Source: Tubulanus polymorphus (taxonomy: Eukaryota; Animalia; Nemertea). Taken from it: a stretch of 64,000 nucleotides of DNA. The notes beneath the pieces were generated by a model. It saw only the letters and a list, made by a program, of their open reading frames with translations, did not search any database and had not been told where the DNA came from. The stretch is from the NCBI RefSeq assembly GCF_964204645.1, contig NC_134031.1:13503807-13567806 (forward strand), read 5' to 3'. The first letter of the stretch is position 1, and each line of letters starts with the position of its first letter. A program made the position numbers and the translations under genes. This document shows positions 1 through 14,993 of this stretch, in pieces.

Positions 1-2504
1 CATTTCTTGTTTTTGACGCAGTAGATGATCTTGTTGTAAAAGCTGAAGCCCTCTTCTGTGGCTACTTAGCCGGACATAACATTCCAATCGTAGAAGTGAC
101 CATTTTGGTAGGTTTTGATTTACACACTTTACACATTTTTCAAGGATTTAGGAACAGAGACAGCTTTAGATAAAATATAGTCACATACGAAAAAGAGGGG
201 AGTGCTTGTTCTCGTTCTTGTTCTTGTTCTTGTTTGGATACTGTGTCGACCACGATCGCGTGTGTGCTGACATCCATACCTGGCGTTTGAGATTTATTTT
301 CATCGATGTTAAAAATTGGATTTTTGCTACGTAGGCGTATGGTAAGCCAAAAATAATTTTTTGTTTCTTAAGTGTGCCAGGCCTCCAATCCAATGCAAAT
401 AAAAGCTTAAATGGATCTCGGCTGTTTCTACCTTTTTATGTATTCTTCCAGATTTATATCTTTCAGGAGAACTAATGCGCACGATGTTGCCACTAGACAA
501 TCCAACGTTGCTGCCACAAGTAATCAAGAAATTTTCTTGTGGAAGGACCAAGGCAACGTATATTCTCAGAGAACTGGCGCAACATACGCAGGCATCTTTA
601 GTAGAGCAGATGATACAGGGACCTTTTTCACTGTCAACTGATGGCGGTCACGAAAGAGAACAAAAAGAAAAACTGTATCTGATTGTTATTACATTTGTTT
701 CTAATGAAAATTGTGTTAAAACTGTGAACTGTTAGCTATGATAGACTGCGAAAGGCATTCAAATGGTGAGAATATCACCAAAATGATCTTAGGAGCACTT
801 GACACAAAGGGTATATCAATGAATAACTGCATGGCCCTATGTACTGATAATGCGAATGTGATGGTTGGTTGCAGGAAGGGGGTGTATGGCAGACTGCTAA
901 AAGTACAACCCAAGTTGTACCTTGCTGGGTGTGTCTGTCATTTACTTCACCTGTCAGCTGAGTGGGGTGGCAAACAACTACCAGTGGATGTATCCGGCTT
1001 TTTCAATGATATATATTATTATATGGAGAAGAGTGCTGATAGATTGCGAGATTTTGAAGAAGATGAGATTTCACATGATCTCCCTTTATATAAGGTGCCA
1101 AAGCATGTGGCCGTTAGGTGGCTATCCCTAGAGCAAGCAAACTGCTATATTCGTCCTAGAGCAATGGCATGCGCTTGGAGTGTTCTTCAAAAAAGAAATT
1201 GAGAGTGACAAAAATTTCAATAAGCAGTTAACGGATTCTGAGAAATCCTGTTCCGATAGAAAGAAGAAGGCTTATGACAGTCTAAACTCTAAGTCAATGA
1301 GGTTATATCTAATGTTTCTTGTGTATGTGTTGAAGAGATTCAATGATGTCAACCAGATCTTTCGAAGTGAAAAACCTCTCATTCACGAACAGAGAGCCAT
1401 TCTGTTTCAATTAATGAAAAGTTTGTTGGTTATGTTTGTCAAACCATGTGCCACCAAAGACCATGATCTAGTTGAAGGCAAATTAATGCCGAATTACAAT
1501 ATCAAGAACCATAGTGACATAGTTGTTGGAGATAAAGTCAGGAAATTTATAGCGAAGAAGAAAATTTCTTGTGAGAAACAGAAAAAATTTTTCCAAAATG
1601 TTGTAAAGTATTTGCAAACAGCATGCTCTTACATAATCAAAAAATTTCCATTGAATGACCCATTGCTAAAAAATGCTGAAGTGGCTGATGTGCGTTAACA
1701 ATGTGTTGGCAAATTCTCTGGAATTAGGCATTATATCCAAAGGTTCTACCTGCTGGTTGTGATATTGACACAATTGAGAAAGAGTTCACTCAAGAGTTCA
1801 CTGTATTTAGTTGAAGATTTACCTGAAAAAATTCTCAGTTAGAATAGAGGTGATATTGAGTGGCAAATGATTGGTAATTTGATTGATGATATTACAGGAT
1901 CTCTGAAATATAAAAATCTGTCTAGACTAATGTTAGCCATAATGTGCATACGACACAGCAATGCCACTTCTGAAAGGGTTTTCAGCCTAGTGAGAAAAAA
2001 AGATCGACTTTAGGTCATCCATGAGTCTGCAGACTCTTGAAAGCTTGCTTGTATTAAAGCAAGAGGGTACAATATGCCACAAAAGGAAATTTTCCAAACA
2101 TTTGTTACAGCAATGCAAGTCTGCTACTAAAGGTAAACGTGGTCTTGAAAATCCCCATTAAATGACCATTGCTAGAAATGCTTAAGTGACACTCTGTTCT
2201 TAGGTTTTAGATAGATTCAATGTATATGATGTTGACATGATTGGACATAAGTATTATATGTATTAAGTAATTCTTTGTTAATTTGTTTGTTCTTTGGGTT
2301 AGATTTTATGAATAAATTTTACGAAACCTTTCAATTTTCTTTCATGGTCTAGCTCGTCACGACACCTGGCCACAAGATAAGTGCTTCATATAAGGTTAAA
2401 AAGCTAAAACACTGAAATTTTAGGATGTCCCTGAAAATTGTTGGCCGTCCCTGAAAATAGGAATCTCTGTCCCTCAAAATAGATTTCAGGGGTTGGCAGC
2501 TTTG
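1..2504 (+). mobile_element. Decayed hAT-superfamily DNA transposon (5' end outside window), probably within a PKN intron
   Basis: Frameshifted ORFs 475-735, 738-1202 and 1180-1698 carry hAT motifs (FSLSTDG, CTDNANVMVG, GCVCHLLHL, VRWLS); a HSNATSERVFS dimerisation-type motif lies at ~1955-1990. Terminus GGTTGGCAGCTTTG ends at 2504, preceded by three GTCCCT(G/C)AAAAT subterminal repeats. Confidence 0.85.
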
Positions 2505-2730
2505 CCAAGGGGCTGAATAGTAGAATAACTTAGTATTTCCGTATTAAATTGGCAACGAGGGATATTTTTTTATCACAATCAATTACAAAATTGTAGCTGC
2601 TGACATTTCTATGATTGTGGTGAGTTTCAAGGTCATTGGTATTTCTATATGGTCACCAGGGGTGTTGAATATTGAAATTGTTAGAAAAACCATTTCCCAA
2701 GAGGGCATGGTGTCCCTGGACCCCTAGTTG
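2505..2730 (+). repeat. 3' fragment of a Helentron/DINE-like element with ~150-bp repeat unit, interrupted by the hAT element
   Basis: Same unit as 5190-5600 and 6760-7960; ends in ...CCCTGGACCCCTAGTT like the copy ending at 7997. Confidence 0.6.
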
Positions 2731-3256
2731 GTCTAAAAATCTACATCTGCCCTAGGCCCATCAGCCAAAGCGGGCCCAATCTAATCGAGATGGTCGGCCA
2801 TTATTGTGTGTGTAGATGGAATCCAAACTTGAATTGAAGACGCTCCAAAGAATTGTCTTGATATCTGGTTTATACATATAACTGCCATATACACGCCTGC
2901 TGCTCAAAAATTGGACTCATCAAATTCAAGATGGCTTACTGGTGGCCATAAGTGTCCGCTGAAATCAACACTTCTTACACATTTTAAGGATCAACTGTCC
3001 TTAAAGAATGGATCTGAGAGTAACTTTCTGTTAGCTCTTGGTGGAACAAATTGTAACCACTGGATATACACGGCTGATTATTTGTCATTAAAAGGGAAAA
3101 GGATTTCAATGAATTTATCCTCATTCTACCAATCAATGCTTGACCTTGTTTCTTAATGATGACATCACAGGGAAAGCTCTTCAGAAAGGCAATTGTTAGC
3201 ACTGTTATAGCATACATTTCACACAGAATTGGGATCAGCAAGTGTCACTGGATCCC

Positions 3257-3580
3257 CATCCCCCGCAGGGATTCGAACCCAACGGCATCGAGATTACCAT
3301 GGTACAAAACCCTGCCATACTAGACCGAGTACACACATGCGCAGCTTAGATGATGTCATAGAAGCCAATCAGAAATCCCATTTTATTTTAGCCCGGGTTT
3401 CCCATTTATAGTTCTTTCGTGAAATTTACCTCAGTGACAATGAGCAATCTGATTGGTGCCGCAAGTTTTCGTGTGGCAAAGCTTCGCATGTACTGTGCGC
3501 TCGGTCTTGTGTGGCAGGGGTTCATACCGTGGTTGAGAGAAGCGATGCCATCAGGTTCGAATCCCTGCCTGGGGAGGATG
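3257..3580. mobile_element. Palindromic MITE with 9-bp TSD (Mutator-like); second copy at 46268-46688
   Basis: TIRs CATCCCCCGCAGGGATTCGAACC / GGTTCGAATCCCTGCCTGGGGAGGATG; flanks CTGGATCCC / CTGGATTCC. Confidence 0.8.
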
Positions 3581-3850
3581 CTGGATTCCTAGTTTTCTTT
3601 TGTGATTTGGTCAATAGGACACATCTTGGCCGTACAATGACATTTGCAAATACTGGTCACTTTTGGTCTGAATTCTGAGACTTGTAGCTTCCGTACAGTT
3701 CCCGTATTGAGTTGGTATTGTCAAATTTTCCAGCATGGTGCCTCGGAACCTTAATTTGTACAGTGTATTATTGGAAATAGCCCCTCCCTCCAAAAGATTT
3801 TGTTTAGCTGCCCTCCAAACAAATGCAATAGGAATATAGATTTGGATTAA

Positions 3851-4117
<267 letters not shown>

Positions 4118-4194
4118 TAGATTGTTAAGTTTCTCTTTACCTGAAGTAGTCAAAATTAAATCAAGGTAGAGATACATGTGATTATTGCTCTCAG

Positions 4195-4416
4195 ATGCAT
4201 AAAAATTATATTATTCTGTGACTTTTAGCAAGCAACATGCGTAAAAAGTGATATTTTTATAGTTTTAGAAATTTCTATGAAGAAATATAGTGTAAAAGTA
4301 ATAGTAAAATATCTATGTTCCCTGAATATTATTGTAAAAAGTATTATCTGTATTCATTTAGGTTTAATACTTAAGTTTGATAGAAAACTAAACTTGGGGG
4401 GATTTTTACCTACATT
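4195..4416. repeat. Truncated copy of the MITE at 63234-63740
   Basis: Shared sequence TGCATAAAAA...TTCTGTGACTTTTAG...GGGGGATTTTTACCTACATT. Confidence 0.7.
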
Positions 4417-4475
4417 TGTTTTTACCCCATAGAATTCAATTTATAATGGTGAGATAACATGTGAGATATATTTAA

Positions 4476-4604
<129 letters not shown>

Positions 4605-4621
4605 TAACACAATGTATTACA

Positions 4622-5650
4622 TTTTTAGCCCACTTGACACTTAGGCCTAAGTCCCAGCAGGTTTATTGCATTTACTTATCGTCCGTCGGTCCATTCATCT
4701 GTAGACAGAATCCAGTTATTTTTGGAAACTTCAATTTTTAAGGGAAATTTTTTAAGGGAAGACGCTTCAATCAATTATCTTGGTCTTTCACATGTTAATA
4801 TCCCCTAAGGGCCCATCAGCATAAGACACATTGGGTCGATTGGACACAAGATGGCCGTCCTGTGACCTTTTTTGTGCCCTGAATTGCGAGACCTGTAGCT
4901 TCTGAATGGTTGGTGGTTTTTTATTGAAATTCGTGATGGTTATACTTAGAGAAGGGCCCCTAGACATAGCAAACAGATATTTTGATCAGTGATGCGTGAC
5001 ACAATCGGCAGCCATCTTAGTATCATCAGTTCTCATTTGTAGATAGATAAAGTTTTTTCAGGAAAATACCGAGAGGTTTTAACTTATAGTCTTGATATAT
5101 GATTGATATTATCAATGTCTTAGCATTCATCTCCTCACAAAATGGAATTGGGGTTACTACCCACATTTTTGTTCTGGCAGGCGGAGTTGAATATTTAATT
5201 ATATATAATTTGGCTATCTATGTTGGCACCTATCAATTAACGCAATTAATTGCAAAATTATAGCTCATGACATGTTCTATGATTGTGGTGAGCTTCCAGG
5301 TTATCAGTTGTATAGCGTCACCAAGGGACATTGAATAGCCGAATAACTTACTATTTTCATATTTTTACCCTGGCATATTTTGTAACCACAATGAATTGCA
5401 GAATTGTAGTTTGCGACAGGCTCTATGAGATTGGTGAGTTTCAAGGTCATTGTATTTTGTATATGGTCACCAAGGGGCATTGAATAGCTGAAAAACTTGG
5501 GATTTTCATATTTTATTCATCCCTAGGCATATTTTGTAACCTCAATCAATTGCAAATTTATTCACCAGGGGCGTTGAATATAGAAATTTTCTGATTTTTG
5601 AGTATTTCAAATCATTTCCCAAGAGGGCTTGAATTCTTGGACTCCCAGTT
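4622..5650 (+). mobile_element. Helentron/DINE-1-like non-autonomous element with internal ~150-bp tandem repeats
   Basis: Starts TTTTAGCCCACTT, has a GTCC-type microsatellite at ~4680, repeat units at 5190-5600 and a 3' end related to CCCTGGACCCCTAGTT; paralogous to 5961-7997. Confidence 0.6.
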
Positions 5651-5757
5651 CGAGTTTTTTTTTTATAATTGTTCATCCTGATAGACAAAATGCTTGGAAA
5701 GTTTAGGATTCCACAGAGAAAAGAGAAAACTGATTGTAATTGAAGAATGTCACTTAA

Positions 5758-8439
5758 CTCTTTTAGTGCCCAGTCGACTTTTGTCGACATTATTTCAGGT
5801 CATACAGCGCCCCGTCGACATTTCATACCAGTTTTATCTTAAGGCTTTCGTATAGAAATCAGCAGAGAAACCTGCCGCTAGATGGATTGATTGAATAGCA
5901 GTGCCAATTAGTTCGTTTTGATGCTCCACTTTGGTAGAAGTGTAATTCAAAATATCCGAATTTTTAGCCCACTTAGCACTTTAAACATGTATCTTCCGAA
6001 TGGTTCGGCATTTTTCATTTAAATTTGTGATGCCTATACTTCGAGAAAGACTCGTAATCATAAGCGTATCAGACAAATTCTTTGATCAGTCATGCGTAAC
6101 ACAATTGGCAGCCATCTTTGTGTCATCACTCCTTCCTCATTTATAGATAGAAAAAGTTTTTGAGGAAAATATCAACAGTTTTAAGTGCAAGCGGGCTATT
6201 GCATTCACTTTACGTCCGTCGTCCATCCGTCTGTAGACGGAATCCAGTTATTTTGAGAAGTTTTGAAGACGCTTCAAGGCAATGTCTTGATATTTGGTTT
6301 ATACTTGTATCTACCCTAGACACATCTTCAGCCCAAAAACTGGCCCTCTCAGATTGAAGATGGCCGATTGGCAGCCATTGTTGTTCGCCAAATTCAACAC
6401 TTTTTAAACATTTTTGAAGTTTTCGAGGGAAATTTTGAAGACCCTTTAATCAATTACCTTGATTTTTTAGATATATTTGTATCCCCCCAAGGGCCCATCA
6501 GCATGAGAAATTGGGTTTATCGGACTCAAGATGGCTGTCCTGTGACCTTTTTTGTGCCCAAAAATGTCAATTTTGGCCTGAATTCTGAGTCCTGTAACTT
6601 CCTAATCCATGGTTTGCCATTTTTCATTGCAATTTGTGATTGGTATTCTTTGAAAAGAGATCTCTTATACCTGAGACAGGTATTTTTGATCTGCCATTTA
6701 TGACACATTTGGCGGCCATCTTGGTGTCATCAGTACTCATTCGTAGGTGGAAAAAAGTATTTCCACATTGTATTGATACCTAAGCATATTTTGTTTCCAC
6801 AATCAATTGGAACGTGTTCTATGAGTGTGGTGAGTTTCAAGGTCATTAGTTTTTGTATATGGCCACCAGGGGGCGTTGAACAATACAATAACATAACTAT
6901 TCCCTTATTGTATTGTATTGTATATGGCCACCAGGGGGCATTGAACAATGCAATAACTTAGTATTTCTACATTATATTTGTACCTATGCATAATTTGTTA
7001 CCACAATCAATTGAAAAGTTGTAGCTCATGTCATGTTCAATGAATGTGGTGAGATTCAATGTCATTCCATATAGTCTCTAGGGGGCGTTGAAAAGTAGAA
7101 TAGCTTAGTATTTCCTTATTATATTGGTACCTAGACATATTTTGTTAACATGATCAATTGCAAAGTTGTAGCTCATAACATGTTCTATGAATTAAGCGAG
7201 TTTCGCGGTTATTTGGCTTAGCATATGGTCACCAGGCGGCGTTGAATAACTAGAATAACTTAGTATTTCCATATTATATTGGTAACAAGGCATAGTGTGT
7301 TACCGCAATCAATTACAAAATCGTAGCTGCTGACATTTTCTATGAATGTGGTGAGTTTCGAGGTCATTGTTGTTGTAAATGGCCACCATGGGACGTTGAA
7401 CAATTCAATAACTTAGTGTTACCATGATCAATTGAAGAGTTGTAGCTCATGACATGTTCTATGATTATGGTTAGTTTCAAAGTCATTGGGCTTTGCATAT
7501 GGTCACCAGGGGGCGTTGTATAGTAGAATAACTTAGTATTTCCATATTATAGGGGTAACTTGACATATTTTGTTGGCACAATCAATTTCGAAATCGTAAC
7601 AGCTGACATGTTCTACAATTGTGGTGAGTCCCTGGACCCCTAGTTAACTTATAGTCTTGATATTTGATAAATGCTATCACTGTCATAGGATTCATCTCCT
7701 CACATGGGATTGGGGTTACCCAGGTTTTTTTTCTCGCCACGGGGGGAGTTGCAAAGTTGAAGCATAAGACATGTTGTATGAATGTGTCTGAGTGTCATGG
7801 TCGTTGGTTATTGTTTATGGTCACCAGAATAACTTAGTATTTTCATATTATATAGGTATCTAGGCATATTTGTGACCACAATCAATTGCAAAATTGTAGC
7901 TAGTGACATGTTCTATGAGCGTGGTGAGTTTTAAGGTCTGTGTGTTGAGTATTTCAAACCACTTTCCTAGTGGGTGTGGTATCCCTGGACCCCTAGTTTG
8001 CGTTTGAAAGTAGGGGGTGCCTATCAGGAAATAGCAGAACTGACTATACAGAGGTCACGTGATCTAAATTATAAGCTTATTTTCTAGTAATAGTTACCCA
8101 TATAATCTATATTTATAAATATTCCATTGTCAGCTGTTAGCTGATGCCCTATCTGCCCTGTTCATTTTCATACCTGAATTTAGGGTGTTACCAAATAAAT
8201 AGGTCATTGAGCCAATTAGATCATTTGCATTAGATATGGTCACTTTCAGTTAGAAGAATTATTGCCAAGATTTTCTAAGCTCATACCCTACAAACTTTTC
8301 AATTACCATTAAGCTCTGTCTTGTACCGTTTTCAGCATGGAGGTCCAAAGTTAAAACCGATTTTACTACTTTTTAGTAAAAAATGATGGGCACTCAAATG
8401 GTTTTTCTAAAATTACACAATCATGGGCACTTAAAAGAG
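5758..8439. mobile_element. TTAA-flanked non-autonomous element (piggyBac-like) containing nested Helentron-like copies
   Basis: TTAA|CTCTTTTAGTGCCCA ... TGGGCACTTAAAAGAG|TTAA. Confidence 0.65.
5961..7997 (+). mobile_element. Helentron/DINE-like element(s) with ~150-bp tandem array (6760-7960)
   Basis: GTCCGTCGTCCATCCGTCTG microsatellite at ~6213; repeated unit GGTCACCAGGGGGCGTTGAATAGTAGAATAACTTAGTATTTCC...CACAATCAATTG...GTGGTGAGTTTCAAGGTCATT; ends CCCCTAGTT. Confidence 0.65.
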
Positions 8440-8837
8440 TTAAATGCCAACTTCCATAGCTTGATACTTCAGTCTGAATAGTGATCCTGTCTCACCAGGT
8501 GATGGGCTATCTAGTCTGAGCCTGAAATTGTGAGCAAATCGATGATATTGCCAGCAAAAGATATTGCTGGCAATATCGAATTTCATAAGGATAATGGGTG
8601 TCTGTCTTGAGGATGGATACAGATAACGGTTTGACAGAGGCATAAGTACAATGTAAGATGAACTGTGTTTGAGTGTAATCTCTGAACTGAAGTTGAATGT
8701 TACCTTCAATACGAGTATTTGAATTTGAGTTATATTATCTGTTCTATGAATACCTTACCACTTTTCTTTGCTAGATAACAATCATTATATTTTTATTATA
8801 TACCTCATGCATGAATGCTTTTCATTGTTGCGTATAG

Positions 8838-9775
<938 letters not shown>

Positions 9776-10376
9776 ATTGTTCTAGCCGATTGTTCTGATT
9801 TTGGAATCGTCTGGCCTAAGAAAATACATGCGCCGTTCCGACTGAGTAAAGAAAATACGAATTTTCGAATGCAAACACCCCGATGTCTTGAAAATGGTTT
9901 CAAAAATACGTTTTTCAAATAATTTCTAATAAATTTATTATGGAAATACGTTTTATTGCTAATTTATAAAGAAATCGATTAAAAAGTCACTACGACACCC
10001 AAAGCACTAGCATGTTCCTATCTGTAGTTATTTTGTTCACCTGAATACCCGAACCTAGAAATTGCATAGTCTTGTATTAGCATGTTCCTATCTGACCCCT
10101 CAAAGTTCCTCCTAAAATTTACTTCAATTCCTATCAGCACAAGGACTAGGTTGGCAGCCCTGCCCAAGTTAACTTGGTCCGTTGAGGTAAAACTTATATT
10201 GTATACAAAATATGATGATTTTTGACATGTGTAACCCAATGTTGTGGTAGAACTCGCAATATTGTTTGTTTGCATTATCCAAGTTATCATTATTGACTCG
10301 AACCGGCTCCTGAGTAATAATAGGGGCATTGAGATGAATGTTTGAAACCTTCACCTACTGGGTACTCTATTTTCAG

Positions 10377-10436
10377 AACTTGAATTGGGATGATTTACTA
10401 ATGAGAAAAGTTCCTCCACCATTCATTCCAATTGTG
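10377..10436 (+). CDS. PKN2: PKN exon
   Basis: NLNWDDLLMRKVPPPFIPIV; CAG acceptor and GTAAGT donor. Confidence 0.93.
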
Positions 10437-10480
10437 GTAAGTTTCTTCAATAAAGGTTTACTCAAAATGAGTAAAATTAG

Positions 10481-10678
<198 letters not shown>

Positions 10679-13600
10679 TCTGAGTAACTGGATGTGTATG
10701 GTGTTATTTAGAAGACATTAATGTGTGCTATAATTCAACTTGATTTCTATGACCAGTATCTATTGTTTGAAAGATGAGTGATGCATTGCCGGATCGATCC
10801 GTAATGATCCAGATGGGCATCACTTGCATGGGATGTCACCCATTGAATTGATGGTGAAGATTTTTATCTATGCCGAAAAAAGGGTTGGGCGATAATGCTG
10901 TATATAGATGGCAATACAAACGTTACAGATAGAAATATTGTATATGTTTGTATACCAAAGATTAAACAATGCATCAATGTATCTTATTAGGCCGGTGATG
11001 TGATTGCACAGTTTTATTGATGCACGAATTTACATCGAAAAAAAAAACAGCATTAGAGCTATTAAGATGGGAATCAGCGGTTTTGTATTTTGCGCGTAGG
11101 TCACAAACTGTTTATAACTAAGTGGTGCTGTTTTTTTTTTCAGCAAATTTCGAGGGAATATTCACGTGCGTAAATATACATATATAATTTGTATATATAA
11201 CTTGCCATTTGTGACGATGGAGTATAGTATAATTTATTTTTTTGATTGCAAAATCTTCTTTCGAAGTGAAATATCTTTTTTCACAAGAGATTCCTTGCTC
11301 TGTATTACAAATTTCAAATTTTTTGTTGCGGACAAAGGTGGCAAGCATATCATGTTTGTGTGTAAATTTGTGAGACTTTTTATATTAACTCTGCACTGCT
11401 GATGCTTTTCTATGTATTTCATGTGCTGTAATTATGTCAGCTGAGTTATTCGTCGAAACACATTCCAAGTTTGTCCCTCCATGAGGTAAAACAAAAGAGA
11501 ATAAAAACCAACTGGTACCTTAAGGATTAGTTCAGTTTGCTCAACTTAATGTAAAGCTGGCATACTTTTAGAATGTAGCCCCACACTTGATAACCAGTAT
11601 CACTGTTCACCTGATGAAGCTACTATACATTAGTAGCAAAAGCTTGTGCGTCAAATGAAATAATCAACCTATATAGTACTACTCGTCTTGTTGTATATTT
11701 ATTCTACACGCGGTTAACACAGCTCTTCCACGAATTTTCGGTATCACTGTGTATAGGGGTCCGATTTTCCTGGTTAATCTAAATATCTAGACTTAATAAT
11801 TCTGCCAGTGAGTTCTGAATTCTGCAGCTGGTGAGTTTCGAAATGAGCATTAAAAGGAATTCAGCTTCCTAAGTTCTAATTAATGTTTAATCCATTATTG
11901 TAGTATAAAACAATCAAGATTGATTACGATTTATTATTATGAGTACAACCATAGGTATAGAATAGGCAATAACAGTTATTTAAGCTCTATACGCTTCCTC
12001 AATTTTGCTGGATTGTCGAGGCAATACATAGTCTGGCCAGCGATCTGACAAAATCGGGAATGTGTGCCCTCGGAAACCGCTACAATTTTGCCACCGTGGC
12101 GTCAGATGATAGATATTGAACATGTTTAATGTTTGTGTGGTGCAGGCTTTAGAGAAAAACGGGTTCATTAACGGTTCTTCTAGAATATTTGGGAAAATTG
12201 TTGTCTTGCAGTGAAAACCTTTTTTGTCCAACTATTAACCTAATGAAATGAATTCCAAAGAATGGGATGCACAGCAGCACAGTAAATTTCATATCTTTTT
12301 TGACAAGAGAATAAAGTACAAATTAGAAGAAAATTTATTATTCCTAAAACTTTTTAAAAGATTTTTGATATTTTCATTATACATGTATGTAGAACGTTAC
12401 TAGAAACTCTGAAAAGCTAACAATAGTCACAATCAACAAGATGCGACTGTAAATGCAGTGACATTCTAACGCTGTTACTCATTTACAAAATGTACTCATA
12501 AAGTTAAGCGTTTGGGTTATAACAGTGTCAATGACATTGCATCTACATAGTATAACAGTGTCAATGACATTGCATCTACATATAATACAACTACACTGCA
12601 ACAAACACTTGTCAACACTGTATGGCCTTTTGAAACATTTGTACATGTATCTAAAATAATTTTTTTTGAATTAGTTGAAAAATGTATCAAAACGCATTAT
12701 TTGCAAAACGACATCTTTGTCTGTCAGGTTGCAGACTAAAGGTAATAACGGTTATTTCCAAAATTTTGGGATTTGTTGGCTAAATCTACCATCATGTTTG
12801 ACCATCAATTTGGCATCTTCACACGAATAAGTCCATAGCTGCACGACCTCTATATAGCTATATAGCTGCCCTATAGAAAGAACAATGTGCCAAAAGGTCT
12901 TTTGGAAAAGCCCTAGCTAGATCATAAGGCTCAAACATTTCAGAATCTCTATAGTGACATGTTTTTGATTGTTTGTTTCGTCTGGATATTTCTAGTCTAC
13001 GTGAAAATCAAGCCTCCAGGATTCATTAACATTTTATGGCAATAAATTGCCGATCGGCCTGTTAATTGTGTCCCTCTCAGAAATTCATTTTACATGTAGT
13101 TTGTGATTTTATTTCGCCAGTTAAGTTTATTTACTTTTATTATGAAAATGTAGATTTGAGTATTATGTAAGTAGTATTACATGCAATGGAGTGAAAAATG
13201 AAATGGAAATGAGTTCATATTATGATTATGATTATCACTGGAGACTGTTATATATTTAGTTTATATCACGTGTATGAAACCATAGATGATAACGATTTTG
13301 CTGTGAAGTATATATGTTCATTCCCTCAAAGTGAATCTTGCTTTTTTATTACAAAACTTTTCCGAGATCTATAGGGGTGAATTGATAATTTAGAAAAAAT
13401 TATCGATCATTCCCGATGATGATAAGGATGATGATAAGGCTAGAAAAATGATACCTTGTTTCTCCGCAGCGGACGGGTCGGAAACAATCTTGCTAAAAAT
13501 TTGTAAAATAAAATCCTGGCGGCCGGTTCCCTTCGAAAAGCAGGTGTGAATTTGATTTAAGAATAAAATCTGGCCTGCCGGATGAACATAAAACTTAATT

Positions 13601-13751
13601 TGAGCAGATATTTATTATTTTGTATTAGGAGAAAATCATCGTAGTGACACGCGCACCACTCCACTGAATCCTTGCAGTAAAGAAAAGATTTTAGCGACAG
13701 TATCACTGGTGAAGGTTTTAGGCCGTTGATGTTCACAGTGATTGAATTGAA

Positions 13752-14993
13752 CTAATGTCTATTTCAACCTGACTTGAGAGCATTCCGGGTGGCCTAGCTA
13801 ACTCATTTATGGTAGTACATACCTGATAAAGTAGGACCAGAAAGGACTGGCAGTCGACCTTAAACATTTTTTAATCCATTTGAAACTGTATTGAAGGATA
13901 TCCAAAAAGTCTGCATTGAAAGGGGTTCTTGAGAGAAAATAGACTCCATGATTTGAAAGTTTAACAATATGTTTCCATGCCTACAAACTGAAGTTTGGTA
14001 CGTAGGCATGGAAACATATTGTTAAACTTTCAAATCATGGAGTCACTTCTCTTCATTTAACCCCTTTCAGTGAAGACTTTTTGGATATCCTTCAATACAG
14101 TTTCAAATGGATTAGAAAATGATGATTAAGGTCGACTGCCAGTCCTTTCTGGTCCTACTAAGACCTTTATCTGGTATGTACTACCAAAACTGACTGAGCT
14201 AGGCCACCCGGAATGCTCTAAAGTCAGGTTGAAATTTATTTTTGATTGTCCACAACCTTTTTGGGATATGTCGCTTAATTTTGGGTGTGCATACCTCTAA
14301 TAGGTCTTAATCAAATCAGTAGGGCTGTGCAGTCCAGACAGATCATCGTTTTTATATCCATTTTGTACAGAGTTGAAGGATTGACGAATATTCTCGAAAA
14401 TTGAGCTTTAAATCGGCAAGAAAGACTGCCATTTTGTTCCAGTTTGTTTACTTCTTTATGCAAATGAGCAGTGTCTACCATGTGATCTGGGTAAGTTTAT
14501 TTTTTATGGAGAGAGTACATTGCTCGCACGTGTTTCACTACACGGGTACGGCCGCAATGGTTGCGCTAGGCCTAAATCATTTCCAAACCGCATTGTTTTG
14601 ATAGCTTTGACAAAGCCATGTTTATTTACTAAAACAGCTTTCTAGGGTAGTATTGTGAGTCGTTGATTGGTCTCTTGGTGACAAGACGCTGCTTCATTCA
14701 TGATATACTAATTGACGCATCCTCGCCTCATTGCGCATGTGTGCAATGGCTCATTTGCATAAAGAAATAAACAAATACGAACAAAATGGCGGTCTTTCTC
14801 GCCGATTTAAAGCTCAATTTTCGTGAATATTCATCAATCCTTCAAAACAGTGTAAAATGGATATAAAAACGATAATTTATCTGGACTGCACAACACTGCT
14901 GATTCAATTAAAACCTATTTGAGGTATGCACACCCAAAACTAAGCGAAATATCCCTAAAAGATCGTGGACAATCAAAAATAAATAGACATTAG
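13752..14993. mobile_element. Foldback MITE (~760 bp without the nested insert)
   Basis: CTAATGTCTA[insert]TTTATTTTTGATTGTCC ... GGACAATCAAAAATAAATAGACATTAG; arms 14234-14470 pair with 14750-14983. Confidence 0.8.
13763..14233. mobile_element. ~470-bp near-perfect foldback MITE inserted in the left TIR of another MITE
   Basis: TTCAACCTGACTT...AAGTCAGGTTGAA; arms pair almost to the centre at ~13995. Confidence 0.85.

Noticed and set aside
3263-3285. GGGATTCGAACC / GGTTCGAATCCC resembling a tRNA B-box (also at 46283 and 46662)
   Set aside because: These are MITE TIRs; no cloverleaf or A-box is present.
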